Assembly: GCA_031277715.1 (NCBI GenBank)
Contig: JAITLW010000039.1
Location: 605 to 64,604, forward strand
Direction of reading: 5' to 3'
Source of the DNA: Sphingobacterium sp.
GTDB taxonomy: Bacteria; Bacteroidota; Bacteroidia; Sphingobacteriales; Sphingobacteriaceae
DNA: 64,000 nt
A program made the position numbers and the translations under genes. Within the stretch, counting starts at the first letter, position 1; each line of letters begins with the position of its first letter. This document shows, piece after piece, positions 19,150 through 28,000 of this stretch. Under the pieces are notes generated by a model, which worked only from the letters and a program-made list of their open reading frames with translations, made no database searches and was not told where the DNA came from.

Positions 19150-20025
19150 TTACAATACATTTAGTAGTTGCTCCTTGATTTTCTCAAGCTCCTCTTTCAT
19201 ACGAACTACAATTTGCTGAATATTCGCATTATTAGCCTTCGACCCTAGAGTATTTATCTCTCTCCCCATTTCCTGAGAAATAAACCCTAGTTTTTTACCG
19301 TTAGAATCCGCGGCATTAAGTGCCTCCAAAAAATAGTTACAATGACTCCTCAAACGAACTTTTTCTTCTGTAATATCAAGTTTGTCGATATAAAAAATTA
19401 TCTCTTGCTCAAAACGATTTTTATCAATATTCTCTTTTCCTACAGCTTCATCCATATACTGACTCAGACGTTCTCTAATCAGTGGAATTCGATCGCCTTC
19501 GACACGTTCTACCTGCCCTAAATAATCAAGAATCAACTCTACACGCTTCTCCAAATCATTTTTCAAAACCTTCCCTTCATCCATTCTAAACCCAGTGAAT
19601 GATTCTACAGCTTGATAGAAAGCGCTCAACAATACTTTCCCCTCTTCTTCATCCACTTCGTCTTCATTATTCGCAATCACTTCAGGCATTGAAAGCGCCA
19701 GATTAAATAACCCCGTTTGATCTTCTCCGAGCTGTGCAGCAATATCTTTAAGTTGATTATAATATTTCTTCAGCAGTTCACGGTTTATAGAAGATGCTTT
19801 CGCTGTTTGGTCAGCGTATTCCGATGAAATCAAAACGTTCACTTTTCCTCGTTCTATCAGTTTACTACATTCTCCACGAAGCGTAAGCTCCTTGTCCGAA
19901 ACAGCCTTAGGTAAACGTATTCCTAACTCTAGAAATTTTGAATTAAGTGATTTTATTTCCACAGTGTATTTAACCTTCGCATTCTCATGCGAACCTACAC
20001 CATATCCTGTCATTGATTTTATCAT
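19150..20025 (-). CDS. yicC: YicC/YloC family endoribonuclease
   Basis: SMTGYG, DITEEKVRL, GKKLGFISQEMGREINTLGSK; conserved yicC-gmk order. Confidence 0.95.
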   Translation of the reverse strand: MIKSMTGYGVGSHENAKVKYTVEIKSLNSKFLELGIRLPKAVSDKELTLRGECSKLIERGKVNVLISSEYADQTAKASSINRELLKKYYNQLKDIAAQLGEDQTGLFNLALSMPEVIANNEDEVDEEEGKVLLSAFYQAVESFTGFRMDEGKVLKNDLEKRVELILDYLGQVERVEGDRIPLIRERLSQYMDEAVGKENIDKNRFEQEIIFYIDKLDITEEKVRLRSHCNYFLEALNAADSNGKKLGFISQEMGREINTLGSKANNANIQQIVVRMKEELEKIKEQLLNVL

Positions 20026-20128
20026 ATGCAAAGGTAGGAAAACTAATGTTGATTTCTAACAATCTGACTATTGAAAAACCCTAAACTATGTCCTGTTATA
20101 TTAAAAATATCGTTTATCGACAACCATC

Positions 20129-20701
20129 CTACCAATCATGCTTAGCAATGATTACACATAAATAGGTTTTATAAGTAGATCCGCTCGGTGAATGGACAAA
20201 ACCAATACCTATATCAACCAGAGAACCATTCCAATCATCCATACCTAAAACATGTTTCTGATGCATAAAACCTGGAGATCCCTTTCCAATGATAAAAGCA
20301 TTAATCCCCTCTACGGCTGTGGCATGATTGGCTGCTATCGATTCGAAATTATTCGCTGACTTTTTCTTCGTCCAATCTGGGTTTAGATTATAGCCCGCCT
20401 TTGCTATATAGTAATTAGGCCCAAGTCCTTCGGGCGTCACATGTTCAAAATAATTTCTATTAGCCATATCATACGCCCTGAATTCTGCTACTTTTGCAAG
20501 ATCATCGTTCCAAATCAACTTCGTTCTTTTCACCTTATTCACTGGTGAAATCCCTAATTTCTTAGCATATTTTTCAGGATGCATACGGATATCATTAAGT
20601 AGATTATATGCCTCTTTTGCTTGTTGCCGATCGGTACTAATATTTTTATTTTGAGCAATCGCTGCAGTAGAGAACAATAATAAGAAAAACAGAATGCGCA
20701 T
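20129..20701 (-). CDS. CAP/SCP domain secreted protein
   Basis: Signal peptide; LNDIR, DMANRNYFEH, ESIA, SPGFMH, IGIG motifs. Confidence 0.85.
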   Translation of the reverse strand: MRILFFLLLFSTAAIAQNKNISTDRQQAKEAYNLLNDIRMHPEKYAKKLGISPVNKVKRTKLIWNDDLAKVAEFRAYDMANRNYFEHVTPEGLGPNYYIAKAGYNLNPDWTKKKSANNFESIAANHATAVEGINAFIIGKGSPGFMHQKHVLGMDDWNGSLVDIGIGFVHSPSGSTYKTYLCVIIAKHDW

Positions 20702-20758
20702 ATTAATTCTTTTTAAACTAGACTACTTTGTTGTACTTATGTTTAAATCAACCTAAGC

Positions 20759-20794
20759 AAAAAAAAGAGGCATTCCTTTTTGGAGTGCCCCTTT
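20759..20794 (-). terminator. Intrinsic terminator after dedA
   Basis: A-run plus GAGGCATTCC-TTTTT-GGAGTGCCCC hairpin. Confidence 0.65.
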
Positions 20795-20815
20795 CTATTG
20801 TAACATATACAGCCT

Positions 20816-21478
20816 TTAGCCTGCTGCTTTATTTCCTTTTAGTTTTTCCTTCACTACTTCAAAAATTATCGGAAGTATAGAAAGGAAAATAATAATCAAA
20901 ACCACCTTAGAAAAATTATCTCGAATTATAGGAATGTTCCCTAAGAAATAGCCCGCCAATGTAATTCCGACAACCCAAAGAATTGCTCCAACAACATTAT
21001 AGGTTATAAACGTACTATATTTCATCCGACCAATTCCTCCCACAAAAGGAGCGAGGGTTCTTACAATAGGAACAAAACGAGCAATAACGATCGTTTTGCT
21101 ACCATATTTCTCATAGAACGAGTGTGTTTTTTCAAGTTGTGCATCTGTTACCATTTGCTTCCCAAACAGCCTAAACCGAGTAATACGCATTCCAAAATGC
21201 TTACCAATCGCATAATTCAAGGAATCCCCCGTAATAGCGGCAATAAGCAACAGAATAATCATAATCCAGATATTAAGATCATTTGGTTGAGCGGCAAGCA
21301 TCCCTGCTGCAAAAAGTAACGAATCTCCTGGCAAAAAAGGCATCACTACCACACCTGTTTCAACGAATATGATTAGAAATAAAATCAAATACGTCCAGGT
21401 CTGATAGTCATTTACAATCTCCACCAGATGATCATCAATGTGAAGAATAAAATCTATCAATGAATATATTAAATCCAA
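20816..21478 (-). CDS. dedA: DedA family membrane protein
   Basis: ETG..PFLPGDSLLF, GDSLNYAIG, ARFVPIVRT. Confidence 0.95.
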   Translation of the reverse strand: MDLIYSLIDFILHIDDHLVEIVNDYQTWTYLILFLIIFVETGVVVMPFLPGDSLLFAAGMLAAQPNDLNIWIMIILLLIAAITGDSLNYAIGKHFGMRITRFRLFGKQMVTDAQLEKTHSFYEKYGSKTIVIARFVPIVRTLAPFVGGIGRMKYSTFITYNVVGAILWVVGITLAGYFLGNIPIIRDNFSKVVLIIIFLSILPIIFEVVKEKLKGNKAAG

Positions 21479-21490
21479 TGGAATTCAGTA

Positions 21491-22615
21491 TTAGTTAAAA
21501 CTATTCAGCATTACAGGCATAACCAACATCAAGATTTCTTCATTATCCTGTTTGATTGCTGGTAATAACAACCCTGCGCGATTTGGAGTACTCATTTCCA
21601 ACACCACTTCTTCACAGTTTAAATTATTCAGCATTTCTACCAAAAACTTAGCGTTGAATCCTATCTCCATGTCTTCACCTTCAAACTGACAATTAAGACG
21701 TTCATGAGCCTCATTAGAGAAATCTAAGTCCTCCGCAGAGATATTCAACTCACTACCATTGATTTTCAAACGAACTTGATGAGTCGTTTTATTTGCAAAA
21801 ATAACGACACGACGCAATGTGTTTAAAAACAAAGCGCGGTCTACTGTAAGCTTATTTGGATTCACTTGAGGGATTACAGCATCATAATCCGGATAACGCT
21901 CGTCTACAAGACGACAGATCAAATGAATGCTACCAAACTGAAAGAATGCATTTGTTGTATTATACTCTACCGCTACCGAAGTCTCATCAGATGGTAGGGA
22001 AGATTTTAACAATGTCAATGCTTTCTTTGGAAGAATGATAGATGTTGCCTTTTCTGCACCGACATCTGTACGACGGTATCTCACCAAGCGGTGTGCATCT
22101 GTTGCTACAAAAGTGATATTCTGTTCTCCTAATTGTACCAACACACCAGACATCGCCGGTCTTAATTCGTCATTACTTACTGCAAATATTGTTTTATTTA
22201 TAGCCTCCGATAGAATGGATGCTGTAATTTTAACTGTTGAGACATTATCTACAACAGGTATCTTAGGAAAGTCATCTGCATTTTCTCCACTGAGCTTATA
22301 TTTTCCATCTCCAGCACTAATCTCTATCGCCAGCGTTTTTGTATCCACCGAAAAAGCAACAGGTTGATCAGGTAACGTCTTCAATGTATCTATCAAAATC
22401 TTTGATGGCATTGCTACTCTTCCTTCTTCTTTAGCTTCGATGGCCACAGAAGTTACCATGCTCGTTTGTAAATCCGTCGCAGAAATAGTTAACGTGTTAT
22501 CTTTTATTTCAAATAGAAAGTTCTCCAAAATAGGAAGAACAGTACTGCTACTGGATGCCCCGCTTATGGCCTGCAATTGTTTTAATAATACAGATGTGGA
22601 TACTATAAATCTCAT
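21491..22615 (-). CDS. dnaN: DNA polymerase III beta sliding clamp
   Basis: SATDL, ATDAHRL, YPDYDAVIP, IGFNAKFL, LVMPV. Confidence 0.98.
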   Translation of the reverse strand: MRFIVSTSVLLKQLQAISGASSSSTVLPILENFLFEIKDNTLTISATDLQTSMVTSVAIEAKEEGRVAMPSKILIDTLKTLPDQPVAFSVDTKTLAIEISAGDGKYKLSGENADDFPKIPVVDNVSTVKITASILSEAINKTIFAVSNDELRPAMSGVLVQLGEQNITFVATDAHRLVRYRRTDVGAEKATSIILPKKALTLLKSSLPSDETSVAVEYNTTNAFFQFGSIHLICRLVDERYPDYDAVIPQVNPNKLTVDRALFLNTLRRVVIFANKTTHQVRLKINGSELNISAEDLDFSNEAHERLNCQFEGEDMEIGFNAKFLVEMLNNLNCEEVVLEMSTPNRAGLLLPAIKQDNEEILMLVMPVMLNSFN

Positions 22616-22781
22616 GTCTAGCTTCGATATATTTTTATATGCAATAATACAGAAAAGAATTAAATTTTTACAATCTAAGTACGGGTTTATCTTTCATCAT
22701 TGACATATTCACTTCGGTTTTTTTTGTACTATGTATTCGTGAATACAACGCTTTTTATCTAAGTTTGTGTAGACTTACGAT

Positions 22782-23930
22782 ATGCAATTTAAGGAAATAG
22801 TAGGACACCAAAGCATTAAAAACCATTTAATCAACTCGGTAAAAAACAATCGGGTCAGCCATGCTCAGCTTTTTTTAGGACCAGAGGGTTCGGGCAGTCT
22901 GGCTTTAGCGTTGGCATACGCCCAATACATCAATTGTGAAGACCGACAAGAGGACGATAGTTGTGGACATTGTGCATCTTGCAGAAAATATGAAAAATTA
23001 ATCCACCCCGATTTACATTTTTCCTATCCCTTCTTTGCTAAAGGCAAAGAAGAAACCGCTACTACCTATATGGACGAGTGGCGCAAAGCTTTTCTTACCA
23101 ATCCTTATTTAGGTTTGAATTACTGGCGAGAGCAACTAGATTCTGGCAATAAACAAGCTAATATCAATATAGCTGAGGCCCATGATATCATCAAAAAACT
23201 GAGTCTCAAATCTTTTGAAGCCGAGTACAAAGTATTGATTATGTGGCTTCCGGAATACCTTGATACTCAAGGAAACGCCCTTCTAAAGCTTATTGAAGAG
23301 CCTCCAGCAAAAACTCTTTTCCTTTTAGTTGCGGAAAATCAAGATAAAATAATAAATACAGTAATTTCCCGAACCCAATTGGTCAAAATTAACAAACTTC
23401 ATCATGACGAGATGAATAGTTACTTAGTTGAGGAGCGAAAGTTAGACCCTAGACGTGCCAAAGAAATATCCTTTATTGCAGATGGAAATATTCAAGAGGC
23501 TCTTAATTTAATCCACCAACATGGTGAAAACGAAACTTTTTCTATTTTGGTTCAATGGTTACGTTTTATTGTCACTGATAATGGGAAAGAATTAATAGGT
23601 CTTACTGAGGATAAACTTTCGAAGTTAGGTCGGGAAAATCAAAAAAGTTTCTTACTTTATGCCATTAATATGATGAGACAGATCATATTAATGCAACAAG
23701 GCTTGAGAAATCTAGTCTTTTTACAAGAAGAAGAATTTGCATTTGTAGAAAAATTTAGTGGTTTATTCCAATTTGAACAATTAGAAGAAGCTATCAATAT
23801 CCTAGAAAAGACACATTATGGTATTGAACGTAATGGTAACGCTAAAATATTATTTTTAGATTTATCTTTGCAATTGGTTTTATTGTTCAAATATCAAACG
23901 TTCCCGAAAAATCGGGACTCAATAATATAA
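22782..23930 (+). CDS. holB: DNA polymerase III delta-prime subunit
   Basis: HAQLFLGPEGSG, Zn cluster C..CGHCASC, HPDLH, NALLKLIEEPP, ISRTQ. Confidence 0.92.
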   Translation: MQFKEIVGHQSIKNHLINSVKNNRVSHAQLFLGPEGSGSLALALAYAQYINCEDRQEDDSCGHCASCRKYEKLIHPDLHFSYPFFAKGKEETATTYMDEWRKAFLTNPYLGLNYWREQLDSGNKQANINIAEAHDIIKKLSLKSFEAEYKVLIMWLPEYLDTQGNALLKLIEEPPAKTLFLLVAENQDKIINTVISRTQLVKINKLHHDEMNSYLVEERKLDPRRAKEISFIADGNIQEALNLIHQHGENETFSILVQWLRFIVTDNGKELIGLTEDKLSKLGRENQKSFLLYAINMMRQIILMQQGLRNLVFLQEEEFAFVEKFSGLFQFEQLEEAINILEKTHYGIERNGNAKILFLDLSLQLVLLFKYQTFPKNRDSII

Positions 23931-23939
23931 AATAGAAAT

Positions 23940-25364
23940 ATGGGATGTGGCAGTTGCTCATCCGGGGGATGTGGTACAGGAAGTAAATTAGGTACAGTAC
24001 CATCAGGATGCAATAACAATGGTTCTTGCATGACCAGCGGATGTAATAAATTAGATGTATATGACTGGCTTTCCGACATGGATTTGCCTTCAAATTATAA
24101 ACCCTTTGACATTGTTGAAGTTCGCTTCAAAGGCTCTCGTAAGGATTATTATGTAAACACGGACAACATTTACCTAGAAATGGGCGAAATGATAGCCGTA
24201 GAGCCTTCTACAGGCGGATACGATATCGGGCATGTTTCATTGACAGGAGAGCTCGTCCGTCTTCAATTGAAGAAAAACAATATCGCACCAGACTCCGTCG
24301 TCAAGAAAATCTACCGCAAGGCAAACGACGCCGATGTTACAAAGTTCAACATTGCGAAAGAGCTTGAATGGGAGACCATGCATCGAGCGAGAAAGCTTGC
24401 TTTAGATCTTGGTCTATCGATGAAAATATCCGATGTAGATTACCAAGGCGATAAAACAAAGGCTACTTTCTATTATACAGCAGAAGGTAGGGTTGACTTT
24501 CGTGAGTTAATAAAGCGTATGGCCGAATCCTTCCGTATCCGAATAGAGATGCGACAGATTGGAATGCGTCAAGAAGCAAGCCGTTTGGGCGGTATAGGCT
24601 CCTGTGGTCGTGAACTTTGTTGTTCCACGTGGCTTACAGATTTTAAGACCGTATCAACCTCTGCTGCCCGCTATCAAAATCTATCCCTCAACACACTTAA
24701 ACTAGCTGGTCAATGCGGTAAATTAAAGTGTTGTTTGAACTATGAGTTGGATAGTTATATGGATGCATTAAAGGACATTCCTAACGATGTAGACAGAATA
24801 GAGACTAGCAGTGGCATGGCCTATCTTCAAAAAACAGATATCTTCAAAAAAACAATGTGGTTCTCTTACCCTGGTGCTGAAAACTGGATCCCGTTATCCA
24901 TCAGTAAAGTAAAAGAACTTGCAGAAATGAATAAAGGGGGAATTAAACCTGACGCATTAGATTACACCCCTCAAACTGTTGAGACCAAAAAACCAATTGT
25001 TTTTGACTATGAAAATGTCGTTGGCCAAGATAGCTTAACGCGTCTGGATGATAAAAACAAAAGACGTAAAAAGAAAAAAAGCAAACCTCGACAAACTCCA
25101 ACAAATCAAAAAACAGAGGGTAATACAAATCCTAATCAGGCACAAGCTCCAAAGCAAGCCCCTTCAGGTCAAAAAAAGGAAACGAACAGTGGTGTAGAAA
25201 GCCGTCCAAATAGACCTGCTCAAAATAAAGACAATAACAAAACTGCGCCCACTGCCAATCAGGGAGATGATACCGCGCAAAAAAATGAGCAGCGAAAAAA
25301 AAGAAGGTATAATAACAGGAATAGAAACAAGAATAACGATAAACCAAATAACAGTGGCGAGTAG
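23940..25364 (+). CDS. ricT: PSP1 domain / RicT (YaaT) Fe-S regulatory protein
   Basis: RVDFRELIK, GIGSCGRELCCS, LAGQCGKLKCCLNYE; follows holB as in other bacteria. Confidence 0.92.
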   Translation: MGCGSCSSGGCGTGSKLGTVPSGCNNNGSCMTSGCNKLDVYDWLSDMDLPSNYKPFDIVEVRFKGSRKDYYVNTDNIYLEMGEMIAVEPSTGGYDIGHVSLTGELVRLQLKKNNIAPDSVVKKIYRKANDADVTKFNIAKELEWETMHRARKLALDLGLSMKISDVDYQGDKTKATFYYTAEGRVDFRELIKRMAESFRIRIEMRQIGMRQEASRLGGIGSCGRELCCSTWLTDFKTVSTSAARYQNLSLNTLKLAGQCGKLKCCLNYELDSYMDALKDIPNDVDRIETSSGMAYLQKTDIFKKTMWFSYPGAENWIPLSISKVKELAEMNKGGIKPDALDYTPQTVETKKPIVFDYENVVGQDSLTRLDDKNKRRKKKKSKPRQTPTNQKTEGNTNPNQAQAPKQAPSGQKKETNSGVESRPNRPAQNKDNNKTAPTANQGDDTAQKNEQRKKRRYNNRNRNKNNDKPNNSGE

Positions 25365-25387
25365 ATACTCGTCACTATTTTTTCAAT

Positions 25388-25849
25388 ATGATAAGACCCC
25401 TTCTATATGCTTTTGGTATAATTAGTTGTTTGGTTTCCTGTACCAATAGCGCTGTCTATGAAAAGAATCAGCCTATTCCAGACCGAGCATGGTCATATGA
25501 AAAAACACCTCAATTTGATGTGCACATAGTAGATTCCAAGGCTAGATACAACATCTATATAAACCTACGTCACTCCAATGAATATAGCTTTTCCAATATT
25601 TTTGTACTCCTTCATGAAAAAGGCGCAAAATTAGTCGATACAGCTTATCGTAAAGAAATACCTCTTGCTCAGTTGGATGGACGTTGGTTCGGAAATTCAG
25701 CGGGATCACTGTATGAAGTACAATACCTTGCAAAAGAAAACTTTCTCTTCCCTGATACTGGTGTATATACCTTTGCCGTCGAACAGAACATGCGGGAAAA
25801 TCCGCTCAAGGATATTGTTGATGTAGGTATTAAGGTGGTAAAACAATGA
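25388..25849 (+). CDS. gldH: Gliding motility lipoprotein GldH
   Basis: Lipobox LVSC; NLRHSNEYSFSNI, GRWFG, EQNMRENPL, DVGI. Confidence 0.88.
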   Translation: MIRPLLYAFGIISCLVSCTNSAVYEKNQPIPDRAWSYEKTPQFDVHIVDSKARYNIYINLRHSNEYSFSNIFVLLHEKGAKLVDTAYRKEIPLAQLDGRWFGNSAGSLYEVQYLAKENFLFPDTGVYTFAVEQNMRENPLKDIVDVGIKVVKQ

Positions 25850-26892
25850 TTATTACCCTTATTCGGTGGTTATTATTACCAATAAGTCTAATCTATTGGC
25901 TCATTGTATGGGCTAGAAATACACTCTATGACAAAGCTATACTAAAAGGCACCAAATTCTCCATCCCTACAATTGTCATTGGTAATCTTGCCATAGGAGG
26001 AACAGGAAAAAGCCCCATGACGGAATACATCATCCGATTACTAAAAGATGATTACAAAATTGCTACGCTTAGTAGGGGATATGGTCGAAAAACAAAAGGC
26101 TATAAAATTGTGCACAGCGATTCTTTAGCAATCGAAGTAGGAGATGAGCCTTTACAGTTCAAAAATAAATTTCCGGAAATTACAGTTGCTGTTTCTGAAA
26201 ATCGCTGTTACGGAGTTCAACAACTTAATAAAGATCATGACGTCATTATTTTAGATGATGCTTATCAGCACAGAAAATTAACTCCTGGTTTCACCATTCT
26301 TCTTTTCGACTTTAACTCTCTTTTATCACCCATAATAACTCTTCCTACCGGAAACTTTAGGGACAATTTTTCTGCGACAAAAAGAGCCGATCTAATATTA
26401 ATCACAAAGTGTCCTGACGACATTCTCAATGAAGATAAGAACCATATAGAACACCGAATAAGAAAACATTCCCTTGCCCCCATATTCTATACGGGGATTG
26501 ATTATAGACAGCCAAAAGATAGAAATGATCTATCATTAACAACTCCATTAAACAACCTTGATATTCTTCTTTTTTGTGGTATAGCCAATCCTTTGCCTTT
26601 GCAGTCTTATCTCACTCGTTTAGGAAATACGGTACATATCTTACAGTATCCAGACCATCACAATTACACCGATAAAGACTTCGACAAAATAGCAAATCAT
26701 TATCAGTCCCTACCTGCTGGCAATAAAATTATCATAACGACAGAAAAAGATATCCAAAGGGTACCCAAATCAGCTTTAAAGGGCCTGCCTCTTTATTACA
26801 TCCCTATCACCCTCAAATCAATGGATAAGCAACAGAATACCTTTGATCACTTTATCTTTAATTACATACAGGCCACCACAAATGTTAATTAG
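25846..26892 (+). CDS. lpxK: Tetraacyldisaccharide 4'-kinase
   Basis: GNLAIGGTGKSP, SRGYGR, GDEP, LDDAYQH, PDHH, TTEKD. Confidence 0.96.
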   Translation: MIITLIRWLLLPISLIYWLIVWARNTLYDKAILKGTKFSIPTIVIGNLAIGGTGKSPMTEYIIRLLKDDYKIATLSRGYGRKTKGYKIVHSDSLAIEVGDEPLQFKNKFPEITVAVSENRCYGVQQLNKDHDVIILDDAYQHRKLTPGFTILLFDFNSLLSPIITLPTGNFRDNFSATKRADLILITKCPDDILNEDKNHIEHRIRKHSLAPIFYTGIDYRQPKDRNDLSLTTPLNNLDILLFCGIANPLPLQSYLTRLGNTVHILQYPDHHNYTDKDFDKIANHYQSLPAGNKIIITTEKDIQRVPKSALKGLPLYYIPITLKSMDKQQNTFDHFIFNYIQATTNVN

Positions 26893-26991
26893 CTTTAATG
26901 AAAGTTAATCTTCACTAAAGTTAAAGCATCAACTCCCTAACAGTCAATTTATTTAATGAAATTTATGGTGTAAACAATTAATTGATTCATC

Positions 26992-27330
26992 ATGAAAACA
27001 GTATTCACATTAGTAATAATGACAGCACTATCCATCAGTATCTGTCAGGCACAGGAGAGAGGCAACAGACAGCACCGTAGCCCCGAAGAACAGGCAAAAA
27101 TAAAAGTCGAACGACTAGCTACAGAGCTTAATCTTCAAAACTCTCAAAAAGACTCTATTTACAACTATCTTTTAATCTTTCAAAAAGAAGCAAAATCAGA
27201 AAACAGGAGAGAAAATTGGAAACAAAGAGACACTAAAATAAAAACTTTTCTAAGCGAAGAACAAGTAATAAAATACGACTCTTTGCAAAATAGTACCAAA
27301 AGCAAAAGAAGTCGACAAAAGACAACTTAA
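26992..27330 (+). CDS. Small secreted helical protein, LTxxQ (Spy/CpxP-like, DUF4890-like)
   Basis: Signal peptide; LNLQNSQ and LSEEQ repeats. Confidence 0.65.
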   Translation: MKTVFTLVIMTALSISICQAQERGNRQHRSPEEQAKIKVERLATELNLQNSQKDSIYNYLLIFQKEAKSENRRENWKQRDTKIKTFLSEEQVIKYDSLQNSTKSKRSRQKTT

Positions 27331-27344
27331 AACACTTAAAAACA

Positions 27345-27389
27345 ACAACTTAAAAAGAGATAAAGCTATTTTATCTCTTTTTAAGTTGT
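27345..27389. repeat. Perfect 20-bp inverted repeat
   Basis: ACAACTTAAAAAGAGATAAA-GCTAT-TTTATCTCTTTTTAAGTTGT. Confidence 0.9.
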
Positions 27390-27510
27390 GTTAAATGATG
27401 TTAAATTGTAACAAACACGATACAATAAAAGCAATAAAATAGGCTATATGACAGTTATTAATTCAGAAAACGATTAATAATACATTTCAAAAACTTAAAA
27501 TTTAAATGCT

Positions 27511-27858
27511 ATGAAAAAATTAATTTTAACTGGACTAAGCTTTTTATTTGCTGTCACGATTCTATTCGCTCAAGAAATTAATCCAGAAAACAAAGCAAAA
27601 GAAACGGTTACAGAGTTGACCGAAAAATTAACACTGACTGATGACCAACAAACAGCTGTATATAATATTGTTCTTGAAAAAGTAAATGCAAAAATTGCTA
27701 TAAAATCAGACACAACATTATCGGCAGATGTAGTAAAAGAACAAATACAAGCTTTAACAGCCACTGCCAATGGTAAGATTAACGACTTATTGACAGACGA
27801 ACAGAAACCATTATTCGTTCAATACTTAGAAGAAAAGATGGCTAATAAAAAAGAATAG
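27511..27858 (+). CDS. Small secreted helical protein, LTxxQ (Spy/CpxP-like)
   Basis: Signal peptide; LTLTDDQ and LLTDEQ motifs. Confidence 0.7.
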   Translation: MKKLILTGLSFLFAVTILFAQEINPENKAKETVTELTEKLTLTDDQQTAVYNIVLEKVNAKIAIKSDTTLSADVVKEQIQALTATANGKINDLLTDEQKPLFVQYLEEKMANKKE

Positions 27859-27901
27859 ATTGAATAAGTACAATAGTTTTTAATTTCATAATTACCTAGC
27901 T

Positions 27902-27978
27902 GAGGCGGGTCAGAGAAAATGCTCTGGCTCGCCTTATTTCATTAAAAAGGGCTGATTCTTTAGTATGAATCAGCCCTT
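27902..27978. terminator. Back-to-back hairpins terminating the LTxxQ gene (+) and dnaA (-)
   Basis: GAGGCGGGTCAGAG/CTCTGGCTCGCCTT (27902-27935, with G-U pairs) and AAGGGCTGATTC/GAATCAGCCCTT (27947-27978). Confidence 0.75.
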
Positions 27979-28000
27979 CTCCTATATTATATTACTACGA

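Noticed and set aside
25388-25849. gldH as evidence of a gliding or T9SS locus
   Set aside because: A single gld gene in the ricT-gldH context, with no other motility genes in the window
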